Shown here: positions 9,213-19,062 of the stretch, in pieces
How positions within the stretch are numbered: position 1 is the first letter of the stretch
Layout of the letters: each line of letters begins with the position of its first letter
DNA from: a virus
Length of the DNA: 51,543 nt
IMG/VR virus record: IMGVR_UViG_3300025881_000006
Location: 143,324-194,866 of that record
Reading direction: 5' to 3' (one strand)
Program-made: the position numbers and the translations under genes
Notes under the pieces: generated by a model
The model's input: only the letters and a program-made list of their open reading frames with translations
Told to the model about the DNA's origin: nothing
The model's database searches: none

Positions 9213-10099
9213 GCATTCCATTTAACATGTCACCCAAAAGCGGTGAGCACCAATACCTTGCATTCTTAGAGTATGTCTATAATGAAGGTAAAGACATCGT
9301 CAATGACCGCACCGGTGAGATATGTCGTACGGCCACTGGTGGTACATTACATTACGACTGTAGACGTAACGGTTTCCCTATGGTTACTACCCGTAAAGCT
9401 TACTATCGTAAAGCCATCAATGAGATGTGTGGTTACTTTCAAGGATTTAATAATGCTGCACAGTTCAGACAGTTAGGTACTGACACGTGGGATGCTAATG
9501 GAAATGGAACACCTGCATGGTTAGCTAACCGTCATCGTAAAGGTACAGACGACTTAGGTCACGTCTATGGATACGTTGCTCGCAACTGGCCTACTTTTGA
9601 TGGACAGGTAATGGACTTAGTCAAAGACGTATTAGCTAAGGTCATGAAACATGAAGATGACCGTGGTTTAACGATTACCTTTTGGAATCCAGGCGTATTC
9701 TCGCGTGCTGCATTAAGACCTTGTTTACGTCAACACACGTTTACTATCATCGACGGTATGCTACACCTAACCTCAGAGCAGCGGTCTACGGACATGGCAC
9801 TTGGCATGGTATTCAACATGATGCAGTGTGCATGGTTATTAATGACAGTGGCTCATCTTGCTGGATTAAAGCCGGGTATCGCTACTCACAATATCATCAA
9901 TGCCCATATTTACGAAAAGCACTTTGAAGGCGTGAGTGAACAATTAACTAGGTCTCCATTTGCACAACCTAAGTTAATCATTGACCCCTCAGTAAATGAT
10001 GTCAATCAACTTACCACCCCGTTTGCATTAGACGCGTCTTCATTTAAAGTAGATGGTTATCAATCGCACGAGGCTATTAAGTTCCCCATGGCCGTATAA
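9209..10099 (+). CDS. thyA: Thymidylate synthase
   Basis: DRTG, FPMVTTRK, DDLGHVYG, DDRG, WNPG, LRPC (catalytic Cys), QRSTD..LG..FN, NAHIY, C-terminal IKFPMAV. Confidence 0.95.
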   Translation: MSIPFNMSPKSGEHQYLAFLEYVYNEGKDIVNDRTGEICRTATGGTLHYDCRRNGFPMVTTRKAYYRKAINEMCGYFQGFNNAAQFRQLGTDTWDANGNGTPAWLANRHRKGTDDLGHVYGYVARNWPTFDGQVMDLVKDVLAKVMKHEDDRGLTITFWNPGVFSRAALRPCLRQHTFTIIDGMLHLTSEQRSTDMALGMVFNMMQCAWLLMTVAHLAGLKPGIATHNIINAHIYEKHFEGVSEQLTRSPFAQPKLIIDPSVNDVNQLTTPFALDASSFKVDGYQSHEAIKFPMAV

Positions 10100-10108
10100 G
10101 GATTCACT

Positions 10109-10501
10109 ATGATAACAAAACGCCCACAACAAGTATTAGAACTACCTCAGTTGTCTTTATTGATGTCCATAGCTGAAGCTGAGGTAATCGCTGAAGCGGT
10201 TCTAAACTTTATCAAGCGCAGTTATCCTGATGAGTTATTAGAGAGATTATCTGCTCTAGGTCTTAAAACGACTAATGTTCACGATATAAAAGAAGGATGG
10301 CCTGACTTGTATCTGCCTTTTCTGTATTTCTGCTATTGGTATAAGTTAAATAACTTTGTCATTACCAACGGTAAGGATGCAGGACCTTCTGGATTTCCTA
10401 CCGACCTTAATACTTTAGGGACCGTTATTCATAACGAGTCTTTGAAATTAAAGAACGTAGAGCATATCACTATCAGTAACTCTTCAATAAAGAAAGGATA
10501 A
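10109..10501 (+). CDS. Hypothetical protein
   Basis: 130-aa ORF, SD aagga. Confidence 0.55.
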   Translation: MITKRPQQVLELPQLSLLMSIAEAEVIAEAVLNFIKRSYPDELLERLSALGLKTTNVHDIKEGWPDLYLPFLYFCYWYKLNNFVITNGKDAGPSGFPTDLNTLGTVIHNESLKLKNVEHITISNSSIKKG

Positions 10502-10505
10502 AGAC

Positions 10506-10727
10506 ATGGAACATCAATATTGGTGGAGTTGGTATGTTATTGTAAGTTTTGTATTTACGATGTGGGTTTCATTACAGGTTCCTACAAAGATGAGTAGAGG
10601 TGGTAGTATAACTGGCTCGTTTATGGTAGGCTTGTTTGGCTTCATGTTGTGGCCACTACTACTAATAGCCCTTATCATTATGAAACGTAAACACAAGGCA
10701 GTCACTACTCACGTTGAGTATAAGTGA
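10506..10727 (+). CDS. Small membrane protein (2 TM)
   Basis: Two hydrophobic segments and a basic tail. Confidence 0.55.
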   Translation: MEHQYWWSWYVIVSFVFTMWVSLQVPTKMSRGGSITGSFMVGLFGFMLWPLLLIALIIMKRKHKAVTTHVEYK

Positions 10728-10740
10728 CGCATAACTGATA

Positions 10741-11325
10741 ATGATGGAGGGTGTGATGTCAGCAGTAATATGGCACGAGCAATTTGGCCCTTCTTATTCG
10801 CCTATGCAGATGATAGAAAAGGGTGTCTTTATGGATTGTCACTATAACGTGGCGATTGAAGGTATGTCTAAAGATTGGTATAAGCACCCAAAAGTATACC
10901 CGCGTAGTAAAGAACCTGATGAGACTAAAAACTTTTATGGGGTTAAATCTAGACAATCTCTATCTGTATGGAAAGAGAACGGATGGACTACCAAACATTC
11001 CCCGTTGGGTTGGTGGCAGTGGTATTGTCTTTACTTTCAAGGTAGGCGACTTGAAAAAGAAGATGAGTGGCAGATTAAAAGGTGGCGTAGTTTTGTAGCA
11101 CGTCATCAAGGTCAGATTAACAGCAACTGTACATTAGGTGATAAATCATGCAGGCCTAAACAACGTCAAGGTTTATTACAGTGGGGTTGGGATAGTAGTA
11201 GTAAAATCAGTGAGTTACAGATAAAGAATAATGCTCGTAAATTAGCAGCACTTAGTGGCGTCTCGCTTGAGTCCCATTATATCTGTCAACCATCGGATGC
11301 GTGGATGTATTTGTGTGAGGATTAA
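10741..11325 (+). CDS. Conserved Trp-rich protein of unknown function
   Basis: GWWQWYCLYFQGRR..D.WQIKRW and CRPKQRQGLLQW motifs recalled from a widespread uncharacterised family in large viruses and bacteria. Confidence 0.65.
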   Translation: MMEGVMSAVIWHEQFGPSYSPMQMIEKGVFMDCHYNVAIEGMSKDWYKHPKVYPRSKEPDETKNFYGVKSRQSLSVWKENGWTTKHSPLGWWQWYCLYFQGRRLEKEDEWQIKRWRSFVARHQGQINSNCTLGDKSCRPKQRQGLLQWGWDSSSKISELQIKNNARKLAALSGVSLESHYICQPSDAWMYLCED

Positions 11326-11427
11326 TCCTCACACTGTCTATGCCGTATACCTGATAATATGCACCCAATAATGACATAGACCCAGCAGGGACTTTGTAGT
11401 TTCTTAAGTCTACTGAGGAGGATAGTA

Positions 11428-12231
11428 ATGAGAATAGGAGCAGTAAGGGTAAAGCCAGAAGAGGTCGGCGAATGGATCACACTATTCACCAATGCTAGGG
11501 CTACGCTAAACGATACACTTACCCAGTGTACGACCCTAAAAACATCATTAACCAATTTAATATTATTCAAAGATGGCCCCACTTCCGGTGATATCGAAGG
11601 GAAGATGACTGTCAAAGTTGATGAGTTTATTAAGTTATACATTCAAGACAAACGCTTTGTTTCTGAGCGCGGAAATTGTAAAGACACCATAGGTCAAGGT
11701 AGTTACTATAATACGTACATGAAGATTTTTGATGTACTCATGGATGCGTTGCGCGCTGAAGAGGTACCTAATAAGTTGTTGCACTCGCTTGACGTTACGG
11801 TTAAAAGTAAACAACTTGAATCTATAGACGATCACTTCTCTACGGCGTATATGGCTGAAAATAACATTACTCCAGATGATGTTAAATATACCCTATACGG
11901 CAACGAACATTATTGTAATTACTACATTGCACAGTCTAAGGTTCCTACTAACGGTAAGATACGTTGGAGTGTGGGACTTTACTACTTCATGGGTAAAGAG
12001 CAAAGACGTGTGGGCGATATCAATATCATGATAGCTAAGATACGTTTAGAACTAAAAAGCCTAGACTCTCTACTTGCTAGATTATATAAATTAAACGACG
12101 ATAAACAACCTAAACGTTTTTATCATCTTAGAAATAGATATTTATTGTTAAGCGTCTTAGAGAAGCGTAGTGCAGCTGTTAAAGAAATAACGGAAACGTT
12201 ACATACAGGCATTATAATAAATTTAGAGTAA
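11428..12231 (+). CDS. Hypothetical protein
   Basis: 267-aa ORF, strong SD gaggagg. Confidence 0.65.
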   Translation: MRIGAVRVKPEEVGEWITLFTNARATLNDTLTQCTTLKTSLTNLILFKDGPTSGDIEGKMTVKVDEFIKLYIQDKRFVSERGNCKDTIGQGSYYNTYMKIFDVLMDALRAEEVPNKLLHSLDVTVKSKQLESIDDHFSTAYMAENNITPDDVKYTLYGNEHYCNYYIAQSKVPTNGKIRWSVGLYYFMGKEQRRVGDINIMIAKIRLELKSLDSLLARLYKLNDDKQPKRFYHLRNRYLLLSVLEKRSAAVKEITETLHTGIIINLE

Positions 12232-12283
12232 CAAACAGGAGGAGAGGTGATACTCTCCTCCGCTATGCCCGTAGGGAAACCAC

Positions 12284-13459
12284 ATGTTAGAAAAAGAACG
12301 TTTATTGCAAAAGAAATACTATCAGTATTTAATCAATCCAACCGTGGCTAAAGACCTTATCTCGCCAATGGGGATGGATGCAATCACCGAAGCAAGTTTA
12401 ACACACCAATATCAAACGGACGAACGTCGGGTATTGTTAGATGTAGAACAGAAGCGCGCTAAACAGATACAAGCAATATTTGAAGCGGATGGCTTACAGC
12501 GCTATAGGGTCTCAGTAACCTACCATAGTGAACTACTTGCAAGAGTACTACAGGACCTATCTCAGCCTCAATATATACTAAACACTGTCTTAAACTTACC
12601 TGATACGTTTAGTGATATTATTGATTGCCTATATGACCCTAGGTTGAACTTTGTAAGGTTGGAAAGGTTAATCAGTGAGGATACACAACTAGTAAGGGAT
12701 GTATTAGGGGTTGTTAATAGTAAGGAGTTCTGGGATTCTATAGAGAGGCCATCTAAGTCCATTCGTGACCTAAAGGGTGCATTTGGTATATTAGGAGTGA
12801 AGGGACTGCAATATCTTATCCCGTTGTATATAATGAAATCTCGTATTCCATTAGAGCGTGGTTTGGGACGTAGGGGTACTGAAGATAGATTGTGGGAAGG
12901 GTTGGTAAGTACAGTAAATGCACATATCGCACTGTTAAAGGTGAGTGAGCCTGAAGATAATGTGTGTATGGAAGGAATAATGTTAGGACTATTGGAAGGT
13001 ATAGCCCCTATTGTTATTTATAAATTGTACTTTAAACACGCCTCATCTGTACGTTCTTCAGTGTTGGCAGGGTTTGAGAGGAGTGCTGAACCTAAATTGT
13101 ATGAACTAATGGTGAAGTTAAAACTGAATCTAGATGTTCTGCCCGGTATCATGAATGACCATGGACGTAAGGTTTTTAATAACCTAGGTACGTGTTTAAA
13201 ATGGACCCATACGCCAAGGATAAGAAGGGCATTTGAGGAAGAGAATGAATACCTTCCTACAACCGTGTGCTCTAAACACACCGTCATTCACCGCCGTGCG
13301 ACTCAATTCAATCATTACAATACCTTAAAGGATATTGAACTGATGACCGAAGAGGAGTCGTTATCGTACTTACAAGAAATAGGTATTGAAAGTAAAGATA
13401 CAGATTACCTTAAAACACATAACATCGACGAATTCTCATTGCACCAGTATGTAGGGTAG
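12284..13459 (+). CDS. HDOD-domain protein (long form, degenerate HD site)
   Basis: LERLISEDTQLVRDVLGVVNS..F..SIRDLKGAFGILG matches the HDOD core pattern; GLLEGI at the HD position. Confidence 0.7.
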   Translation: MLEKERLLQKKYYQYLINPTVAKDLISPMGMDAITEASLTHQYQTDERRVLLDVEQKRAKQIQAIFEADGLQRYRVSVTYHSELLARVLQDLSQPQYILNTVLNLPDTFSDIIDCLYDPRLNFVRLERLISEDTQLVRDVLGVVNSKEFWDSIERPSKSIRDLKGAFGILGVKGLQYLIPLYIMKSRIPLERGLGRRGTEDRLWEGLVSTVNAHIALLKVSEPEDNVCMEGIMLGLLEGIAPIVIYKLYFKHASSVRSSVLAGFERSAEPKLYELMVKLKLNLDVLPGIMNDHGRKVFNNLGTCLKWTHTPRIRRAFEEENEYLPTTVCSKHTVIHRRATQFNHYNTLKDIELMTEEESLSYLQEIGIESKDTDYLKTHNIDEFSLHQYVG

Positions 13460-13489
13460 TCGGGTCGCTTTTAAAAGAGGATTAGTACA

Positions 13490-14314
13490 ATGAAAGATAA
13501 TGCTTTAACGCTCATTATATTGGAAAAGCTAGATAATAACACACTAGTACTTCCAACGCTGCCAGATATAGCCCTACGGGTTAGAGAAGCAGCCGAAGAC
13601 CCAGAAGTGGACATTGCAGGACTTGCTGACATTATAACCACTGACCCCGCTCTAGCCAGCCGTATTATCACTTTTAGTAATAGTGCTATGTTAAGAGGGA
13701 CTAAAGCCGTCACGGACGTTAAGGAAGCGTGTATGCGTATGGGACTGTCTAAGGTAAAGACTATCTCTACTGCACTAGCGTTAGAACAACTTTTCGTTAC
13801 TGACAGTGAAGTAATCAAAGTGCAGATGCATAAAGCGTGGATGGATAGCGTTACCATTACCTCAAATGCAGTTGCTGCGTTTTCAGTCTGTAGAAAGATT
13901 GCTAGATTAGATATCGACACACTCTTTCTCACGGCGTTAGTACATCGCATCGGTATGATTGCAGTTATCAATGAAGCAGGTAATAGTCCTGATAAATATG
14001 GCAGTGAAGCATATTTAAAGAATACAGCTAATCGTGTTTGTCCTATCCTTGGTGGACAGATATTGAAGAAGTGGGGATTCGATCAGGATATCATTCATGC
14101 AGTAGAGAATTGGTCTACACTTAAGAACGATACACCTAGCGTAACGTATACGGACTACTTACGATTATCCGGTGCACTTATTGGTATCTTTGGTCGTAAT
14201 CAGGCTAAGGTGATTAAGTTGTGTCAAGGTAAGAAGATGTTTGAAGATATAGAAGTATTTGACGGTGATGACTTCCTAGAAGTACAGAACGCTGTATTAG
14301 CTTCCTTCCTATAA
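13490..14314 (+). CDS. Stand-alone HDOD-domain protein
   Basis: LPTLPDIALRVR, DPALASRIITFSNS, EACMRMG, ALVHRIG, GGQILKKWGF are typical HDOD motifs. Confidence 0.9.
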   Translation: MKDNALTLIILEKLDNNTLVLPTLPDIALRVREAAEDPEVDIAGLADIITTDPALASRIITFSNSAMLRGTKAVTDVKEACMRMGLSKVKTISTALALEQLFVTDSEVIKVQMHKAWMDSVTITSNAVAAFSVCRKIARLDIDTLFLTALVHRIGMIAVINEAGNSPDKYGSEAYLKNTANRVCPILGGQILKKWGFDQDIIHAVENWSTLKNDTPSVTYTDYLRLSGALIGIFGRNQAKVIKLCQGKKMFEDIEVFDGDDFLEVQNAVLASFL

Positions 14315-14358
14315 ACGCATAATTAGAGAGTAGGGTTGCCCCTACTCTCCTATGCCGT
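14315..14358. terminator. Bidirectional hairpin with TATGC(C)GT on both strands
   Basis: acgcataa...gagagtaggg-ttgc-ccctactctc-ctatgccgt between convergent HDOD and helicase genes. Confidence 0.75.
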
Positions 14359-14360
14359 CT

Positions 14361-15908
14361 TTATACCTTAGCAGTATCCCACCAAGCTGTTTCATCTGCA
14401 TTACCCGAACCACGAGTAGCAGCACCCACACGCTTACGTGACAGGTCATTACCGTTTACATCGTCAGGTATATCCCCGATAGGTTCAAATCTATATACAC
14501 AGTACAAGTCATTCTCAGGAGTAATCTTACCAGACTTACGATGCTTACCTCGCATCATGGTTAGGTAACTTCTATCATCCCCAGGTTTCTCAATGTGTAT
14601 ACTAACTTCAACATCTACCTCTTGGTCAATACCTTTAGCACTATCGTAATAGCCTTTGTTAGCTATCTCTTTAACAAAGTCTTCTGCGCCTTGACGGATT
14701 AGATACTTAGCGTCTGAAGATAATTGGTGAGCTGTTAGGCAGGTAATGTGCTTAGGGTTACAGTAACTACGTACACGCCTAAATAAATCACGTATACGGC
14801 CAGCATCGTTAGCCCCTTGACAACCTTCCTTACTCATCATGTTTAAGTAATCAATAGAAACTAAGTGTATTTCATATCCGTCAGCTAAGAAACCATCTAG
14901 TAAAGATATCAATCTTCTAAATGTAAACTCAGTAGGGTCATAACGCAACAACCGATAGTGGTATCCGTTAATACCTAATTGAGAAGAGATGTAATCGGCA
15001 GCCTCTTGAATATCCAACGAAGTGATGTCACACTCAACACCCGTTTCATTCTCTTTAAGGTTCTTATACAGAATCAATATATTATCCTGTACTTTGTTCT
15101 CTAGAGAGATGTTGATAATTAAAGGCTTCTTAGTTGGGTCAATCATGTACGGTTTGTTATACAACGCTACATGCTTTGGTATCTGCATTAACATACCTGA
15201 TTTGTAATTATGTTGCAATGCACCGATTAGAATCATATCCCCTCGACGCATTCCATTATAATCACCCATCATGCGATTGAAACCCTGCCAACCGGTTTTC
15301 ATGATACCTTCAATGGAGTTACTTTCCTGCCCTTCTTTTATTACCGCTTTCAATGCTTCTGTATCAGAGATATCTAAGTTAGTTACCTGACCGGCAGTAT
15401 CGGTAATGGCACCAGAGACATAAGGTTCTAGTTTCTGTATGACATCAGCAGTGAAGTTTCTCCAGTCCACATTTTCTTCATCAAACAGAACATCCCGAGA
15501 TGCATCTTTTATTACCTTCTTTATTTTGTTACGGTTTAAATACTGTAACAAGGTATTGCGATGCTCATTACATATTCTCAGAATTCTATCTTGTTCTACA
15601 ATGGTATTCATTCCACTTTCTACAGCAGAGAATAGTACATTGTCTTCACCTATGTTCACCCTAAGACGTTGTAATATCATCTCAGCATCGTATTTGGTTT
15701 CAGGTGGTTCTTCTGCCATCCAGATAGCGGTAGAGCGAAGTGCTATCAAGGCCTCTCTACTGTCACCAGATTGTATTGAGCTATCATTTAACTTGACACC
15801 ATCGATGATTTCTCTGACCAGTTCATTAGAGTTAACCATGTTATTATCTAGCTCACTTTCTCGATAAAGCAGCATGATAGATTTTATCAAGAGTAGTTTA
15901 GAATCCAT
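14361..15908 (-). CDS. DnaB-like replicative helicase (phiKZ gp118-like)
   Basis: MKTGWQGFNRM, variant Walker A GALQHNYKS, ISLEN, Walker B IDYLN, TAHQLS, RGKHR. Confidence 0.9.
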   Translation of the reverse strand: MDSKLLLIKSIMLLYRESELDNNMVNSNELVREIIDGVKLNDSSIQSGDSREALIALRSTAIWMAEEPPETKYDAEMILQRLRVNIGEDNVLFSAVESGMNTIVEQDRILRICNEHRNTLLQYLNRNKIKKVIKDASRDVLFDEENVDWRNFTADVIQKLEPYVSGAITDTAGQVTNLDISDTEALKAVIKEGQESNSIEGIMKTGWQGFNRMMGDYNGMRRGDMILIGALQHNYKSGMLMQIPKHVALYNKPYMIDPTKKPLIINISLENKVQDNILILYKNLKENETGVECDITSLDIQEAADYISSQLGINGYHYRLLRYDPTEFTFRRLISLLDGFLADGYEIHLVSIDYLNMMSKEGCQGANDAGRIRDLFRRVRSYCNPKHITCLTAHQLSSDAKYLIRQGAEDFVKEIANKGYYDSAKGIDQEVDVEVSIHIEKPGDDRSYLTMMRGKHRKSGKITPENDLYCVYRFEPIGDIPDDVNGNDLSRKRVGAATRGSGNADETAWWDTAKV

Positions 15909-15956
15909 GTGCGTTCCTATTCTATAGACGATTTACACAAAGTGATAAGGGTATTT

Positions 15957-16496
15957 ATGAATTTCATTATCTTACCAAAATGGCTATGTGAGACGTTAAC
16001 ACGATTAGGGAAACCTTTAGAGACTGCTCTCGACTTGGATGCCCTTCGTACTATACTATCTCCCGAAGACGTTTTGATTTACAGCCTTAGCCAACATCTA
16101 ATAACAATGACAGGTCATCGTCATCCTCTTATTAAAGGGTTAAGTAATACGTACCAGTACCAAACTATTAAGGGAATGCCGGAAGGGCTTACACAAGAGC
16201 AGCATGTTCAAATGAAACTCACGTGTAATGACATGGATGAGCACGACAGTATTGCTTACTTATTAATACATGGAGCAGGTCCAGGTGAAGCGTTAGTGAA
16301 ACCTGAATTTAAACCTTGTTTGGTAGGTAAGGATGTTCTGGGACTAGTTCCAGAGATTAAAGATACAGAGAATAATGTGGTTTTATATGAGGATGTATTC
16401 AACATACTTCAGCAACGCTCCGACTACAGCGCGATAACTAAAACCCCACTGTATGAAAGTTATGTCAATATGTTGTGCAATCAATCGGTTGCGTAG
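15957..16496 (+). CDS. Protein between helicase and capsid (phiKZ gp119-like position)
   Basis: ORF track 15909-16496; ATG 15957 has SD aaggg; synteny. Confidence 0.55.
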   Translation: MNFIILPKWLCETLTRLGKPLETALDLDALRTILSPEDVLIYSLSQHLITMTGHRHPLIKGLSNTYQYQTIKGMPEGLTQEQHVQMKLTCNDMDEHDSIAYLLIHGAGPGEALVKPEFKPCLVGKDVLGLVPEIKDTENNVVLYEDVFNILQQRSDYSAITKTPLYESYVNMLCNQSVA

Positions 16497-16595
16497 CAGT
16501 ATATCTTATGAAGTCACGGTAGCGGTAAACTAGTTACCGTCTACTAAACACCAAAGACTTCTTTTAATAACGTTATTAAGGAAAAGGTAAATTCA

Positions 16596-18755
16596 ATGTC
16601 TCGATTTAAAAGTAAACAAGTTGCTCCCGGTTTAGCCGGTGCACGTTCAAATATCAGTACTTTGCTTAAGAGCCAAGGTACCGAGTTAACTAACGAAGCT
16701 ATAGCTGGCGGTATGATTTCATTGGAATCTTCTTCTCCTGAAATGTTATCCAACATTCAGCATAGTTTTGAATCAATGGAAATCGCACTTAAAGGTGAAA
16801 TGGCCGAAGCGTTCGGCGATGATTTCGTAATGAGCGATGTAGGTCTTGAAGCTGCTACTATCGTAGCTCTTGGTATGGGTAACCCTACTGCGTATGCTCG
16901 TCAAGCATTACAAACTATTGGTATGGAAGGCGCAATTGAGCCTATCAGTGTTGGTGTTGCAGGTTCTCTTGATTTCAGAATGACTCCGTCAACTGAAGCA
17001 TTTGACGAATCTTCTTTAAACAACTACGCTCCAATGTCAATCGTTTACAACGCGTTGTCTGCACAACAAGACGAATTTGGTGAAGCTTTCTTCCCAACTT
17101 ACGTAATGTCTGCTGACCAAACTGGTCTTACAGTTTCTGTTCAACGTACTATGGTATTTAACGAAGTACGTCGTGACGGTAAAGGTAACGCTACTGACTT
17201 TAATAAAGTTAACTTGGTTGATGCTCTACAAGATGCTTCTATCCTTGAGAACGATACTACTAAAGTTATCCCAATTTATTTAGCCGATGATTCTCGTGCC
17301 GAATTCTTCTTAGATACTGATCTATTAGCTGTTCGCGATATCGAAATTGATGGCGTTGCACAGAAGACATCTGCTCTTGCAATCAATACTACTATGGACG
17401 TGCTTGCACTTTCTGTTGGTACTGGTGGTGTTAACTCACAAATCCTTGATAGCACTGACGCTCTTGATGCGCGTATCGGTCTATCTAACTTGTACTTACG
17501 TTTACGTAATGCTGCTGCCGTTGCTGATCCAGCTGCTGCCGGTAGTGAAACTAACATCGTTAAAGTACCAGTTGAAGGTTTACCTCGTGCAAACTTCAAT
17601 GCTTCTGCTGAAGGCGAACATCGTGAGATGACTTTGACTTTCCGCAACAACACTCTTGTTCTTGATGGAAGTGTTAAAGATGTTGAAGGTACTGATGCAA
17701 GCGTACTAGCACAACTTAAAGCTGATGGCACTAGTGCTCTTCTTAATGTTGGTGTTACTGGTACAGTTAACATTGAAACTGCTTCTTTAGAAGTTAATGC
17801 CAATGCTGTTAAAGTTCACAAGCTTATTAATGCTGATGGTGAATCTGTTCCAGTTGGCTCTGGTGCCGGTGCTGCAATCGTTGATGAAATTGTTGTCGAT
17901 ATCGTTGGTTACGACTTGTCTGCGTATAAGTCTAACGCTAACCGTCGTACACGTGGTCTATTAATAGACCGCACTGAAATCAATGAAAACTACACCATTC
18001 CATTAGGTGCTCCAATCTCTGCTCCTGCTCCTGTACATAACGCTACAGACGGTGCTTCAGATTTACGTGCATTGATTACTACTTCACGTACTCGTACTGC
18101 TAACAATGCGGTAACTACTCTTCTTAACTACGCGTCTAGCCTTAGTGCAACAGTGCGTCGTCAGAACGAAAGTGGTTTCACTCCAGCAGTAGCCGGTATT
18201 GCTCGTTACTTGGTTAAGCCTTTCTTCTTAGAAATCGAAATCGATGTTGAAACTGAAATCGCCAATGCTCGTACACACGAAGCAGCTGATGATGTTTCTG
18301 CTCTATTAGTAGATGCTATCCGTGACATTGCTTACCGCATGAACCGTGATTCAAACTACCAGGCCGCTCTTGATATGGAAACTGCCGGTACTCAGTCTAA
18401 GCCAAAACTAGTTATTGGTACAGACAGCGTATTAGCACGCCACATCTTGGTATCTGGTGATGACCGTACTGCTTCAATTGGTATGGACTTCCAAGTAGTA
18501 ACCAGCCCTGATAGTCGTATGACTGATAAAATCGTATTGACGTTCAGCCGTGGTGGTCAAGGTAAGCCTGACGCATTGTCATTTGGTACTCACGCTTACA
18601 TGCCTGAGCTTACAAGTGCAGTGACTGTTTCTCGTGACAACGCCACGACTAAAGAAACTCAGGTCCAGCCTCGTGACTTGCACATCCCACACTTGCCTAT
18701 CATGGCAGTGATCAACGTTAAGAACTTGGATAAGGTTCTTAAAACTCGTAAGTAA
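16596..18755 (+). CDS. Major capsid protein precursor (phiKZ gp120-like)
   Basis: 719 aa; STEAFDE, QQDEFGEAFFPT, NANRRTRG, VIGTD, VQPR motifs; N-terminal S/A/G-x-E sites; strong codon bias. Confidence 0.92.
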   Translation: MSRFKSKQVAPGLAGARSNISTLLKSQGTELTNEAIAGGMISLESSSPEMLSNIQHSFESMEIALKGEMAEAFGDDFVMSDVGLEAATIVALGMGNPTAYARQALQTIGMEGAIEPISVGVAGSLDFRMTPSTEAFDESSLNNYAPMSIVYNALSAQQDEFGEAFFPTYVMSADQTGLTVSVQRTMVFNEVRRDGKGNATDFNKVNLVDALQDASILENDTTKVIPIYLADDSRAEFFLDTDLLAVRDIEIDGVAQKTSALAINTTMDVLALSVGTGGVNSQILDSTDALDARIGLSNLYLRLRNAAAVADPAAAGSETNIVKVPVEGLPRANFNASAEGEHREMTLTFRNNTLVLDGSVKDVEGTDASVLAQLKADGTSALLNVGVTGTVNIETASLEVNANAVKVHKLINADGESVPVGSGAGAAIVDEIVVDIVGYDLSAYKSNANRRTRGLLIDRTEINENYTIPLGAPISAPAPVHNATDGASDLRALITTSRTRTANNAVTTLLNYASSLSATVRRQNESGFTPAVAGIARYLVKPFFLEIEIDVETEIANARTHEAADDVSALLVDAIRDIAYRMNRDSNYQAALDMETAGTQSKPKLVIGTDSVLARHILVSGDDRTASIGMDFQVVTSPDSRMTDKIVLTFSRGGQGKPDALSFGTHAYMPELTSAVTVSRDNATTKETQVQPRDLHIPHLPIMAVINVKNLDKVLKTRK

Positions 18756-18943
18756 TTACTGGTTTAGTTGATTTAGGATTAACACCCTACCCCTAACAAT
18801 AGAGGTAGGGTTTGCTCCTTAACAATTTAAGTGCATCGACAGTCTTAATACACTAAGCACAACACCCAAGCAATACACTTAACTGTGTAATTAGAAGAAT
18901 AACTACTTCTTGTTGTATGCTAATACATATAACGTATATAAAA

Positions 18944-18997
18944 CATAAGAAAGAGAACCCTATATGGAGATTCTCTTTCTTATGCCGTCTATGCCGT
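18944..18997 (+). terminator. Hairpin + doubled TATGCCGT after the capsid gene
   Basis: cataagaaagagaa...ttctctttcttatg; TATGCCGT at 18981 and 18990. Confidence 0.7.
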
Positions 18998-19012
18998 TAA
19001 TGCACGTTATTT

Positions 19013-19025
19013 CAGACCTACATCA
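19013..19025 (+). promoter_or_regulatory. Candidate early-promoter motif copy 2 (cagacctacatca)
   Basis: Identical to 41058-41070; about 40 nt upstream of an ATG. Confidence 0.6.
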
Positions 19026-19062
19026 TAATGGTAGACCGAGCAATCTAAAATAATAACAAGGG

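Noticed and set aside
9209-10099. dCMP hydroxymethylase (modified-base pathway)
   Set aside because: The Asn specifying dUMP is retained (VFN) and the overall motifs fit ordinary ThyA.
16500-16595. Specific TATG late promoter for the capsid gene
   Set aside because: TATG is present near 16507, but a 4-mer cannot be called without TSS data.
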